In this document: positions 40,008 through 48,995 of the stretch, piece after piece | How positions within the stretch are numbered: the stretch's first letter is position 1 | How the letters are laid out: the number at the start of each line of letters is the position of its first letter | Origin: an uncultured Actinomycetes bacterium | GTDB taxonomy: Bacteria > Actinomycetota > Thermoleophilia > Solirubrobacterales > Solirubrobacteraceae | Length of the DNA stretch: 64,000 bases | Direction of reading: 5' to 3' | Assembly: GCA_963743055.1 (NCBI GenBank) | Contig: CAVUOK010000005.1 | Coordinates: 76,666 to 140,665 of the forward strand | Notes under the pieces: generated by a model | Database searches by the model: none | The model's input: only the letters and a program-made list of their open reading frames with translations | Told to the model about the DNA's origin: nothing | Position numbers and translations under genes: made by a program

Positions 40008-41285
40008 GTGACCCATCGCGTCACGGTCGCTCTCGCCGTGGTGTCGCTGTCAGCGCTCGCCGCGACAGCGGGAGCGAGCGCGGCCCGGGCACCGGTTGTG
40101 CGCGTGTCCACACCGGGCGAACTCAGCGCTCCGCGGATCGGGATCGACGCGCGCGGCGTCGCGACGTTCAGCTGGCTGCGCCGCAGCGGGGACGTCGTCC
40201 GCGTGCAGGCCCGGCGGCGATCGGCCGACGGCAACCTCGGTCCCGTCCTCGCCGTGTCCGCGCCCGGGCAGTCCGCGGCCAGCGCGCAGCTCGCCGTCGC
40301 GCCGAGCGGGCACGCCGTCGTCGTCTGGATCGTCCGGCGCAAGCGGCGGCCGGCGATCGTCCGGGCGCGTGCGCTGCCGGCGACGGGCGCACCCGGCCCG
40401 CCGGTCGTCGTCACCGAGGCGGCGAGTCGCGACGGAGCGCAGGTCGTCGTCGACGCGAGCGGCGACGCGCTGCTGACATGGACGCAGCGGACGGGCAACG
40501 CCGCCGCCGTGATGGCGCGCAGGTGGCCGCGCGGCGGCGCACCGGGGCCGGCCGTCGACATCTCGGCCGCGACGCCGGGCACGGGCTTCAATCCTCCGAG
40601 CGTCGCGATCGACGCCGGCGGCGACGCCCTGTTCGCCTGGGAGGCAGGCGGCGGCGGCGCCGTTCGCATCCTCACCCGCCCATGGCCGCGCTCGGCGCCG
40701 CCGGGCGCGATCGCGACCGTCTCGGCGCCGGGCGTCTACTCGCAGGCGCCGCAGCTCGTCCTCGATGCCGGCGGCGCCGGCATCGTGGCGTGGGGCGCCT
40801 CGCCGGGCGGGCGCTCCGCCACCCCGCTGCACGTCCGGCGGCGATCGGCGGCGGGCAAGCTCGGCCCGATCCGCGACCTCGGCATCGGCGACCACCACGC
40901 CGGGCTCGCGCTCGGGCCGGACGGGACGGCCTACCTCACGGGCTCCTTCGACATCGACCCCGAGGGCGAGGTCCGCGCCGCCACCCTCTCGCCGTCCGGG
41001 GTGCTTGCCACGACCGACCCGTTCACGAGCGACCACGAGGCGATCCAGATCGCGGCCCTGCCGAGCGGCGGTGCGCTACTCGTCTGGTCGCACCGCGGCG
41101 AGGCGAGCGTGCTCGCACGGTCGCTGTCGGCCGCGGGTGAGCTCGGAGCGCCCGTCACGGTGTCGCCGCCGCGCCGCCGGACGCGCCAGCCCGCGCTCGC
41201 CCTCGGCCCGGGCGGCCGGCCGCAGGTCGCGTGGATCGGAGGCATGGCCGCGAGCCGGATCGTGGAGACCGCGGCCGCGCCGTGA
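40008..41285 (+). CDS. secreted protein built from ~8 tandem ~50-aa repeats (propeller-like), unknown family
   Basis: The start is GTG. The signal peptide is MTHRVTVALAVVSLSALAATAGASA. The repeating pattern is [VL]x[VIL]DxxGxAxxxW...V.aR....G..GP...[VI]S (IGIDARGVATFSW, VVVDASGDALLTW, VAIDAGGDALFAW, LVLDAGGAGIVAW, ...). Confidence 0.7.
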   Translation: MTHRVTVALAVVSLSALAATAGASAARAPVVRVSTPGELSAPRIGIDARGVATFSWLRRSGDVVRVQARRRSADGNLGPVLAVSAPGQSAASAQLAVAPSGHAVVVWIVRRKRRPAIVRARALPATGAPGPPVVVTEAASRDGAQVVVDASGDALLTWTQRTGNAAAVMARRWPRGGAPGPAVDISAATPGTGFNPPSVAIDAGGDALFAWEAGGGGAVRILTRPWPRSAPPGAIATVSAPGVYSQAPQLVLDAGGAGIVAWGASPGGRSATPLHVRRRSAAGKLGPIRDLGIGDHHAGLALGPDGTAYLTGSFDIDPEGEVRAATLSPSGVLATTDPFTSDHEAIQIAALPSGGALLVWSHRGEASVLARSLSAAGELGAPVTVSPPRRRTRQPALALGPGGRPQVAWIGGMAASRIVETAAAP

Positions 41286-41353
41286 CGGCGGCGGCGGGGG
41301 CCGCGCGGGCGCTCGAAACCCCACGCGTCGGCCTGCGGCTGTACGTTCGCCGG

Positions 41354-42217
41354 ATGAGATCTCCCTCGCGCACGCTCAGGGCCGCTCGCCGAGCTCGCCC
41401 GGGACGCGGATTGTGCGTGCTCGCGGGGTCGATCGCGGTGCTCGCGTGCGCGCTGCCGGCACCCGCCCTGGCGGCGGGCGAGCCGCAGATCATCGCCGCT
41501 GGCATCGACGCGACCGACCGCTTCATCGTCTCGTGGCGCCTGGAGCCGGACACGACGTTCGAGTTCCTCGAGTTCTCCTCGGTCGCGATCTCCAATCCGT
41601 TCATGCCGACGTCGTTCGCGGGGCGCAACGTCGTGGGGTCCGCGTGCGTGCTGCCCGAGCAGGGCTGCACGGCTCCGCCCTCGCTGTCGGCGTTCCGCGC
41701 GCCCGACCGGGTCTCGCGCGACCGTCGCTACTTCGTGCGGATCAACGCGCGTCGCGCAGGCCGCGCGGTCGTCTCGTCGGACACCTGGGTGATCGACCAG
41801 ACGAAGCCGCTGCTGCCCGGCGGCGGCCGGCCGACGGCCACCCCGACGGACAAGCCCGTGCTCGGACAGCCCTATTCGCTGCCGGCCCGCAACACGATCC
41901 CGCAACCGCGGATCAGCGTGCCGTCGCCGCCGAAGAGGATCGCCGCCGTCATCCGCGACGGCGTCCGCGTGCAGGTCAGCTGCCCGGTCTACGTGTGCTA
42001 CGCGGTCGTCGGGTTGCTGCTCGGCAAGGAGACGCTCGTCTTCTCCGACGCGACTCCGCGCCCGAACGCCCGCGCGACGTTCGTCCTGCGTCCGCGGCCC
42101 GCGAGGCGCGCGCTGCTGCAGCGCCGCAAGCGGGCTCGCCTGCAGGTGTTCGCCGACATCGTGCAGCCCGGCGGCAAGCGCACGCAGATCACCCGGCGCT
42201 TCACCGTCCGGCGGTAA
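41354..42217 (+). CDS. secreted hypothetical protein with a basic C-terminal module shared with the M14 paralogues
   Basis: The start is the internal ATG at 41354 (MRSPSRTLRAARRARPGRGLCVLAGSIAVLACALPAPALA). The C-terminus is ...IRDGVRVQVSCPVYVCYAVVGLL...ATFVLRPRPARRALLQRRKRARLQVFADIV...TRRFTVRR. Confidence 0.65.
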   Translation: MRSPSRTLRAARRARPGRGLCVLAGSIAVLACALPAPALAAGEPQIIAAGIDATDRFIVSWRLEPDTTFEFLEFSSVAISNPFMPTSFAGRNVVGSACVLPEQGCTAPPSLSAFRAPDRVSRDRRYFVRINARRAGRAVVSSDTWVIDQTKPLLPGGGRPTATPTDKPVLGQPYSLPARNTIPQPRISVPSPPKRIAAVIRDGVRVQVSCPVYVCYAVVGLLLGKETLVFSDATPRPNARATFVLRPRPARRALLQRRKRARLQVFADIVQPGGKRTQITRRFTVRR

Positions 42218-42303
42218 GGGACCCCGCAGGGAACGGACCTGCACGGAGGTCGCGCGAGAGGCCCCCCGCAGGCAACGACCTCCAGGGAGGTCGCGCCCGC
42301 CCG

Positions 42304-43251
42304 TCAGAGACGCAACGTGCCGGCCTGCACCACGCCGTCGCGAGCCGCCTGCAGCGCCGCCACCGAGACCGCGAGATCCTGGATCGCGAGGCCGGTCGAG
42401 TCGAAGAGCGTGACCGCCTCGGGCGTCCCGCGCCCCGGGGCGTCGCCCGCGAGGACGGCGCCGAGCGGCGTGACCTGCTCGCGCACGACGAGCCCCGACG
42501 CGACCGCGCCGGCAAGCTCACCACCGTGGGAGGCCTGCTCCCACTCGTCGCAGTACAGCTCGCAGCGGCTGATCGCGTCGAGCGTCGCCTCGGCCTTGCC
42601 CGAGCCGTCGGCGCCGAGCATGTTGAGGTGCTGGCCGACCTGCAGATGCGCCTCGTCGACGACGAGCTCGGCGCCCGGCGTCACGCAGCAGACGATGTCG
42701 CACGCGAGCGCGGCCGCGCGGTCGCCGGCGGCCCAGCCGAGCTCGGCCGCGAGCGCGCCGGCGACGTCGGCGCGAGGGTCGCAGCAGACGCCCGGCCCGT
42801 AGCCCGCAGCCGCCATGCAGCGAGCGACCCACGCCCCGTTCAGGCCGCAGCCGACGAGGCCCACGGTGCGCGCCTCGGGCCGGGCCAGCGCGAGCGACGC
42901 GACGGCCGCGACCGCGCCCGTGCGAAGCGCCGTGACGGCGGGCGCGTCGAGCAGCGCGAGCGGCAACCCGGTCTCGGCGTCCGACAGGCAGACGACGCCG
43001 TTGACCGTCGGCAGCCCGCGCGCCGGGTTGCCGGGAAACGAGGTGATCCACTTCAGCAGCGCGAAGCCGCCGCCGAGCGCGGGCATCGCGCGGAAGTCGC
43101 CGAACGGCGGGCTCTGGACGTAGACCTTCGCCGGCATCGTCCACGCGCCGCTGTGATGGCGCAGGAAGCCCTCGCGCGTGGCCTCGATCGCGGCGCTGGC
43201 TGAGACAGCGGCAAGGACCGCGTCGTGATCGAGGACCGCAAGATCGGGCAC
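42304..43251 (-). CDS. ornithine cyclodeaminase/mu-crystallin family protein
   Basis: This is the C-terminal 315 codons of track ORF 42304..45213. Sequence features: GDFRAMPALGGGFALLKWITSFPGNP...NGVVCLSDAETGLPLALLDAPAVTALRTGAVAAVAS...VGLVGCGLNG...LNMLGADGSGKAE. The start is assigned to GTG 43251 (uncertain). The upstream part of the track ORF is antisense to sirA. Confidence 0.85.
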   Translation of the reverse strand: MPDLAVLDHDAVLAAVSASAAIEATREGFLRHHSGAWTMPAKVYVQSPPFGDFRAMPALGGGFALLKWITSFPGNPARGLPTVNGVVCLSDAETGLPLALLDAPAVTALRTGAVAAVASLALARPEARTVGLVGCGLNGAWVARCMAAAGYGPGVCCDPRADVAGALAAELGWAAGDRAAALACDIVCCVTPGAELVVDEAHLQVGQHLNMLGADGSGKAEATLDAISRCELYCDEWEQASHGGELAGAVASGLVVREQVTPLGAVLAGDAPGRGTPEAVTLFDSTGLAIQDLAVSVAALQAARDGVVQAGTLRL

Positions 43252-43392
43252 GGCGGGGAGCGTAGTCGCTGCGTGTTGCAGACAAACCCGCTCTGCAATA
43301 TCTACATAGATCCACCTCAAACTCCTAAAAGCGGACAGAGATTGCCCTGTATAGTCCGTCGCTCTGCACGCCACCACGGAGTCCTGACGCCC

Positions 43393-45207
43393 ATGGAGCC
43401 CAGCACAACCGCCGGCCGCCAGGGAACACTCGAGAACCCCGAGGTTCGCGAGGATGTCCCCGGCCACATCATCCCGATCATCCAGCGCGAGTTCGACGAC
43501 TTCGACACGGAGTCCCAGCGCTTTCTGCGGGGCGACATCGAGGAGACGGAGTTCATCAAGTTCCGCCTCAAGCAGGGCGTCTACGGCCAGCGCCAGCCCG
43601 ACGTGCAGATGATCCGGATCAAGCTCCCGTGGGGCGGCGTCACACCCGACCAGCTCGACGCCTTCGCCGACGTCATCGAGAAGTACGTGCCGCTGAACAA
43701 GGGCCACATCACGACGCGCCAGAACATCCAGCTGCACCACGTCCCGCTGCCCGACGCCGCCGCCGCGATCCGCGAGCTGTCGGACGCCGGCCTGTCCTCG
43801 CGCGAGGGCTGCGGCAACACGGTGCGCAACGTCACCGGCGACCCGTGGGCCGGCGTCGCGCCCGACGAGCTCTTCGACCTCACGCCCTACGCGGGCGCGT
43901 ACGTGCGCTACTTCGTGCGCCACCCCACGACGCAGATGATGCCGCGCAAGATCAAGACGGCCTTCGACGGCACGCCCGAGGCCGACCGCTCGCTGACCGG
44001 CATTCACGACATCGCCTTCCTCGCACGCGAGCGCGACGGCGTGCGCGGCGTCGAGGTGCGCGTCGGCGGCGGCACGTCGATCATGCCGCGCGTCGCGCCC
44101 ACGCTGTACGACTTCGTCGGGCTCGACGACGGCGAGTACCTCAAGGTCGCCGAGGCGTGCCTGCGGATCTTCGACCGCCAGGACTTCCTGCGCGTCAACC
44201 GCGCCCGGGCGCGCATCAAGGTGCTCGTCGACAAGGTCGGCATGGACCGCTTCCGCGAGATGGTCGAGGAGGAGCTCGCCGGCGATTGGGTGAACGAGCG
44301 CGACTTCGACGTCGACGGCCTGCGCTTCGACGTCGACGAGGAGGCGCTGGCGCCGGCGCAACCCGAGACGTACGCGTCGCCGAACGGCGACCTCTCGCAG
44401 TTCGAGCGCTTCGCCGCCGACAACGTGCAGGCCCAGCGCCAGGGAGGCTTCAGCACGGTCCACGTGAAGGTCACGCGCGGCGACCTCACCCCCGAGCAGC
44501 TGCGCGGGATCGCGGACATCATGCGCCGCTACTGCAACGGGTTCATGCGCATGACGGTGCACCAGAACTTCCTGCTGCGCTGGGTGCGCGACGAGACCGT
44601 CTACGAGGTCTGGCAGGCGCTCGACGCGCTCGACCTCGCCGACACCGGCCCGGACAAGATCACCGACGTCGTCTCGTGCCCGGGCACCGACTCGTGCAAG
44701 CTCGGCATCACGTCGTCGATGGGCCTGAACGCGGCGCTCCAGCAGCGCCTCGAGGAGATGCAGATCACCGATCCGCTGACCCGCGCGATCCACATCAAGA
44801 TGAGCGGCTGCCCGAACGGCTGCAGCCAGCATCACATCGCGAACATCGGCTTCTACGGCGCGTCGATCAAGGTCGGCGAGCACACGATCCCGGCGTACGT
44901 CGCCCACATCGCCGGCAACTTCGAAGGCGGCGAGATCGTCTACGGGACGCGGCTGAAGGTACGCCTGCCCTCCAAGCGCATCCCCGACGCCGTCGAGCGC
45001 TGGCTGCGCTGGTATGAGGCCGACCGCCTCGACGGCGAGCCGTTCAACGACTTCGCGTCGCGCGCCGGGGCGAAGGCGTTCGAGGACCTCGTCCGGGACC
45101 TCGCGCTGCCGGCCGAGTTCAGCCTCGACACGATGAACACGTTCATCGACTGGAACAAGGACGTGCCGTTCGTCGTCGCGCGCGGCGAGGGCGAGTGCGC
45201 GGTCTAG
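43393..45207 (+). CDS. sirA: ferredoxin-dependent sulfite reductase (NirA/SirA type, sirohaem-[4Fe-4S])
   Basis: The start is ATG 43393 (MEPSTTAGRQ...). Sequence features: FRLKQGVYGQRQPDVQMIRIKLPWGGVTPDQL...TTRQNIQLHHV...SREGCGNTVRNVTG...SCPGTDSCKLGIT...SGCPNGCSQHHIANIG. Confidence 0.9.
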   Translation: MEPSTTAGRQGTLENPEVREDVPGHIIPIIQREFDDFDTESQRFLRGDIEETEFIKFRLKQGVYGQRQPDVQMIRIKLPWGGVTPDQLDAFADVIEKYVPLNKGHITTRQNIQLHHVPLPDAAAAIRELSDAGLSSREGCGNTVRNVTGDPWAGVAPDELFDLTPYAGAYVRYFVRHPTTQMMPRKIKTAFDGTPEADRSLTGIHDIAFLARERDGVRGVEVRVGGGTSIMPRVAPTLYDFVGLDDGEYLKVAEACLRIFDRQDFLRVNRARARIKVLVDKVGMDRFREMVEEELAGDWVNERDFDVDGLRFDVDEEALAPAQPETYASPNGDLSQFERFAADNVQAQRQGGFSTVHVKVTRGDLTPEQLRGIADIMRRYCNGFMRMTVHQNFLLRWVRDETVYEVWQALDALDLADTGPDKITDVVSCPGTDSCKLGITSSMGLNAALQQRLEEMQITDPLTRAIHIKMSGCPNGCSQHHIANIGFYGASIKVGEHTIPAYVAHIAGNFEGGEIVYGTRLKVRLPSKRIPDAVERWLRWYEADRLDGEPFNDFASRAGAKAFEDLVRDLALPAEFSLDTMNTFIDWNKDVPFVVARGEGECAV

Positions 45208-45818
45208 ACACACCCATCGACGTCGCCGGGTCCCTCACCGAGACCCTGCGGCTCGCGGCCGCCCACGAGCGGCTGGTCTTCCTGTGCTCGTTTCAGAAGG
45301 AGGAGTCGGTGATCCTCGACGAGCTGCTCGCGATCGCGCCGCACGTCCGCGTCGTGACGATCGACACCGGGGTGCTGTTCGACGAGACGCTTGCGACGTG
45401 GCGGGCGTTCGAGGAGCGCTTCGGCGTGCGGGTGCAGGTCGAGGAGGCGTACGGCAGGCCGCCGTGGACCGGGCCGGAGCACTGCTGCGGGTCGCAGAAG
45501 GTCGCCGCGCTGGACCGCGCGCTGGCCGGGGCCGACGCCTGGATCACCGGGCTGCGCCGCGAGCAGGGGCCGACGCGCGCGGGAACCGAGTGCGTCGAGG
45601 CCGACGAGAAGCGCGGTGGCATCGCGAAGTACAGCCCGCTCGCGCACTGGACCGAGCGCGACCTCTGGCGGCGCATCCACGAGCGCGACCTGCCGTATCA
45701 CCCGCTGCACGACGCGGGCTACGAGTCGATCGGCTGCGCCCCGTGCACGAACCCCGGCAGCGGCCGCGACGGGCGCTGGGCGGGCACCGACAAGACCGAG
45801 TGCGGGCTGCACGTCTGA
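45195..45818 (+). CDS. cysH: adenylylsulfate (APS)/PAPS reductase, Fe-S-type CysH
   Basis: Sequence features: SFQKEESVILDELLAI...VVTIDTGVLFDET...EHCCGSQKV...SIGCAPCTNP...ECGLHV. The CC...CxxC cysteines are typical of APS reductases. The GTG start overlaps the sirA end by 13 nt. Confidence 0.9.
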   Translation: MRGLDTPIDVAGSLTETLRLAAAHERLVFLCSFQKEESVILDELLAIAPHVRVVTIDTGVLFDETLATWRAFEERFGVRVQVEEAYGRPPWTGPEHCCGSQKVAALDRALAGADAWITGLRREQGPTRAGTECVEADEKRGGIAKYSPLAHWTERDLWRRIHERDLPYHPLHDAGYESIGCAPCTNPGSGRDGRWAGTDKTECGLHV

Positions 45819-45858
45819 TGCGTCGCGCCTCCCGAGCCGTCGCCGCGGGGGTCCGCTG

Positions 45859-46758
45859 ATGGACCCGCTGGTCATCGCCTTCGGCTTCGGCGTCGGCATC
45901 CTCATCGGCCTGACCGGGATCGGTGGCGGGTCGCTCATGACGCCGCTGCTCGTCCTGTTCGCGGGCGTGCACCCGGTCGTCGCGATCGGCACCGACCTCG
46001 CGTACGGCGCGGTCACGAAGACGCTCGGCGGCTGGCGGCACCTGCGCAAGGGCACGGTCGACCTCGGCGTGTCGAAGTGGCTCGCGGTCGGCAGCGTGCC
46101 GGGCGCGCTGCTCGGCGTCTGGCTGCTGGACCGCCTGCACGCCGCCTACGGCAAGAGCTTCGAGCCGACGCTGCTCATCGCGATCGCGATCGCCCTGCTG
46201 ATCGTCGCGCTGACGATCCTCGGGCGGGCGATGTTCATGCCCAAGCTCGTCGCTCGCGAGGTCGAGGCGATCGAGCAGACCCGGCGCACGAAGGTCACCG
46301 CCGTGTCGATCGGCGCGTTCCTCGGGCTCATCCTCGGCGTGACGTCGGTCGGCAGCGGCGCGCTGATCGGCCTCGCGCTCATCCTCGTCTTCAAGCTCAC
46401 GCCGCACCGCGTCGTCGGCACGGATGTCTTCCACGCGGCGATCCTGCTGTGGGCGGCGGGCCTCGCGCACCTCGTCAGCGGCAACGTCGACTTCGTCTTG
46501 ATGGGGACGATCCTCGCCGGCTCGCTGCCGGGCGTGCTCGTCGGGACGGCGCTCATCAGCCACGTCCCGTCCGGCGTGCTGCGGCCGACGCTCGGCTGCG
46601 TGCTGCTCGGCTCGGCGCTCGGCGTGCTGTCGAAGGCCGGCCTGGACGTGCCGCCCGCCGCACTGGTCGGCATGCCGATCGCGGTGGGAACGCTTGCTTA
46701 CATGATCTCGCGCGGACGCCGCGTGTCCCCGAACGACGTAGAGGTGGTGCCAGCATGA
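45859..46758 (+). CDS. TauE/SafE (DUF81) family sulfite/anion exporter-like membrane protein
   Basis: The start is ATG 45859. Sequence features: MDPLVIAFGFGVGILIGLTGIGGGSLMTPLLVLF...VGSGALIGLALILVFKL. There are about 8 TM helices. Confidence 0.9.
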   Translation: MDPLVIAFGFGVGILIGLTGIGGGSLMTPLLVLFAGVHPVVAIGTDLAYGAVTKTLGGWRHLRKGTVDLGVSKWLAVGSVPGALLGVWLLDRLHAAYGKSFEPTLLIAIAIALLIVALTILGRAMFMPKLVAREVEAIEQTRRTKVTAVSIGAFLGLILGVTSVGSGALIGLALILVFKLTPHRVVGTDVFHAAILLWAAGLAHLVSGNVDFVLMGTILAGSLPGVLVGTALISHVPSGVLRPTLGCVLLGSALGVLSKAGLDVPPAALVGMPIAVGTLAYMISRGRRVSPNDVEVVPA

Positions 46759-47660
46759 CCGCACGGCTCACGCACCTGCAGGCCTTGGAGTCCGAGGCGA
46801 TCCACGTCATGCGCGAGGTCGCCGCGGAGCTGTCGCGGCCCGTGCTGCTGTTCAGCGGCGGCAAGGACTCGATCGTGCTGCTGCGCCTCGCCGAGAAGGC
46901 GTTCCGGCCGGGGCGCTTCCCGTTCCCGTTGATGCACGTCGACACGGGTCACAACTTCCCCGAGGTCATCGAGTTCCGCGACCGGCGCGTGGCCGAGCTG
47001 GCCGAGCGGCTGATCGTCGCGTCGGTGCAGGAGTCGATCGACGCGGGGCGCGTCAAGGAGGAGACGGGGCCGCGCGCGTCGCGCAATCGCCTGCAGACGA
47101 CGACGCTGCTCGACGCGATCGAGGAGCACGGCTTCGACGCGGCGTTCGGCGGCGCGCGTCGCGACGAGGAGCGCGCGCGGGCGAAGGAGCGGATCTTCTC
47201 CTTCCGCGACGACTTCGGCGGCTGGGATCCGAAGAACCAGCGGCCCGAGCTGTGGTCCATCTACAACGGGCGCATCCGGCGCGGCGAGAGCGTGCGCGTG
47301 TTCCCGATCTCCAACTGGACCGAGCTCGACGTGTGGGAGTACATCGCCGAGGAGGAGCTCGAGGTGCCGTCGATCTACTTCGCGCACGAGCGCGAGGTGT
47401 TCGCCCGCGACAACATGCTCTACGCCGTGTCCGACGTCGTGGAGCTGTTGCCCGACGAGGCGCCGTTCACGACGTCGGTGCGCTACCGGACCGTGGGCGA
47501 CATGAGCTGCACCGGCGCGGTGGAGTCCTCCGCCGCCGACCTCGGGTCGGTCGTCGCGGAGATCGCCAAGACGCGGATCACCGAGCGTGGCGAGACGCGC
47601 GCCGACGATCGAGTGTCCGAAGCGGCGATGGAAGATCGCAAGATCGCGGGGTACTTCTAA
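46755..47660 (+). CDS. cysD: sulfate adenylyltransferase subunit 2
   Basis: There is an ATGA overlap with the upstream gene. Sequence features: LQALESEAIHVMREVAAE...LLFSGGKDSIVLLRLAEKAF...PLMHVDTGHNFPEVIEFRD...RVFPISNWTELDVWEYI. Confidence 0.95.
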   Translation: MTARLTHLQALESEAIHVMREVAAELSRPVLLFSGGKDSIVLLRLAEKAFRPGRFPFPLMHVDTGHNFPEVIEFRDRRVAELAERLIVASVQESIDAGRVKEETGPRASRNRLQTTTLLDAIEEHGFDAAFGGARRDEERARAKERIFSFRDDFGGWDPKNQRPELWSIYNGRIRRGESVRVFPISNWTELDVWEYIAEEELEVPSIYFAHEREVFARDNMLYAVSDVVELLPDEAPFTTSVRYRTVGDMSCTGAVESSAADLGSVVAEIAKTRITERGETRADDRVSEAAMEDRKIAGYF

Positions 47661-48913
47661 TGGGGCTGGCAGCGGCTGACCTGATGCGCCTCGCAACGGC
47701 GGGATCCGTCGACGACGGCAAGTCCACGCTGATCGGGCGGTTGCTGTTCGACTCGAAGCAGGTCTTGACCGACCAGCTCGAGCACGTCGAGGAGGCGTCG
47801 CGGCGGCGGGGCGGCGAGGGGGTCGTGGACCTGTCGCTGCTCGTGGACGGGCTGCGCGCCGAGCGCGAGCAGGGCATCACGATCGACGTCGCGTACCGCT
47901 ACTTCGCGACCGCGCGGCGGACGTTCATCATCGCCGACACCCCCGGGCACGTGCAGTACACGCGCAACATGGTCACGGGCGCCTCGACGGCCGACCTCGC
48001 GGTGATCCTGGTCGACGCGCGCAAGGGCGTGCTGGAGCAGTCCAAGCGCCATGCGTACATCTCGTCGCTGCTCGGGATCCCGCACATGGCGGTCGCGGTC
48101 AACAAGATGGATCTCGTCGACTTCTCCGAGGACGTCTTCGACACGATCGTGCGCGAGTTCTCGGAGTTCGCGCGGGGCCTCGGCGGCGTGCGCGACATCA
48201 CCTACTTCCCGATCAGCGCCAAGCACGGCGACAACGTCGTCGACCGCTCGGAGCGGATGCCGTGGTACGGCGGCGTGCCGCTGCTCGAGCATCTCGAATC
48301 CGTGCAGGTCGCCGACGACCGCAACCTCGACGACGTGCGCTTCCCCGTGCAGTGGGTCATCCGCGACCACGACACGGACTACCGTGGCTACGCCGGCCAG
48401 GTCGCCGGCGGCGTGCTGCGGCCGGGCGACGAGATCCAGGTGCTGCCGTCGGGCGCGCGCTCGCGGATCGCCCGGATCGACACGTTCGACGGACCGGTCG
48501 GCGAGGCGTTCGCCCCGATGTCGGTGACGCTGCTGCTCGAGGACGAGATCGACGTCTCGCGCGGTGACCTCATCTGCGCGGTCGACGGCGCACCGTCGCT
48601 TGAGCGCGCGGTCGAGGCGACGGTCTGCTGGATGACCGACGCCCCGCTGCGCGCCGGCGCGAGGTACGCGATCAAGCACGCCACGCACGCGGCGCGCGCG
48701 GTCGTCGACGAGGTCGTCGACCGCGTCGACGTCGACACGCTGCAGCCCGACGGCGAGGCGACCGAGCTGTCGCTGAACGACATCGGCCGCGTGCGCCTGC
48801 GCACCTCCAAGCCGCTCGCGTTCGACCCCTACGCGCGCAACCGCGCCACCGGCTCGTTCATCCTCATCGACGAGGCCACGAACGACACCGTCGGCGCGGG
48901 CATGATCTGCTGA
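47660..48913 (+). CDS. cysN: sulfate adenylyltransferase subunit 1 (GTPase), without a fused APS kinase domain
   Basis: There is a TAATG overlap with cysD. Sequence features: GSVDDGKSTLIGRLL...REQGITIDVAYRYF...DTPGHVQYTRNM...NKMDLV. The protein is 417 aa and ends before any CysC-like domain. Confidence 0.95.
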   Translation: MGLAAADLMRLATAGSVDDGKSTLIGRLLFDSKQVLTDQLEHVEEASRRRGGEGVVDLSLLVDGLRAEREQGITIDVAYRYFATARRTFIIADTPGHVQYTRNMVTGASTADLAVILVDARKGVLEQSKRHAYISSLLGIPHMAVAVNKMDLVDFSEDVFDTIVREFSEFARGLGGVRDITYFPISAKHGDNVVDRSERMPWYGGVPLLEHLESVQVADDRNLDDVRFPVQWVIRDHDTDYRGYAGQVAGGVLRPGDEIQVLPSGARSRIARIDTFDGPVGEAFAPMSVTLLLEDEIDVSRGDLICAVDGAPSLERAVEATVCWMTDAPLRAGARYAIKHATHAARAVVDEVVDRVDVDTLQPDGEATELSLNDIGRVRLRTSKPLAFDPYARNRATGSFILIDEATNDTVGAGMIC

Positions 48914-48931
48914 CGACGCGGGGCGCGTTGA

Positions 48932-48947
48932 GGGGCGGCTTCGCCCC
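48932..48947 (+). terminator. short GC hairpin after cysN
   Basis: GGGGCG-gctt-CGCCCC lies 19 nt after the stop. It is nested in a longer GCGGGGCG...CGCCCCGC pairing. Confidence 0.35.
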
Positions 48948-48995
48948 GCGCCTCGATTTCACCGGCGCGTCACGCGTGCGTGCGGATCCGCGGGT

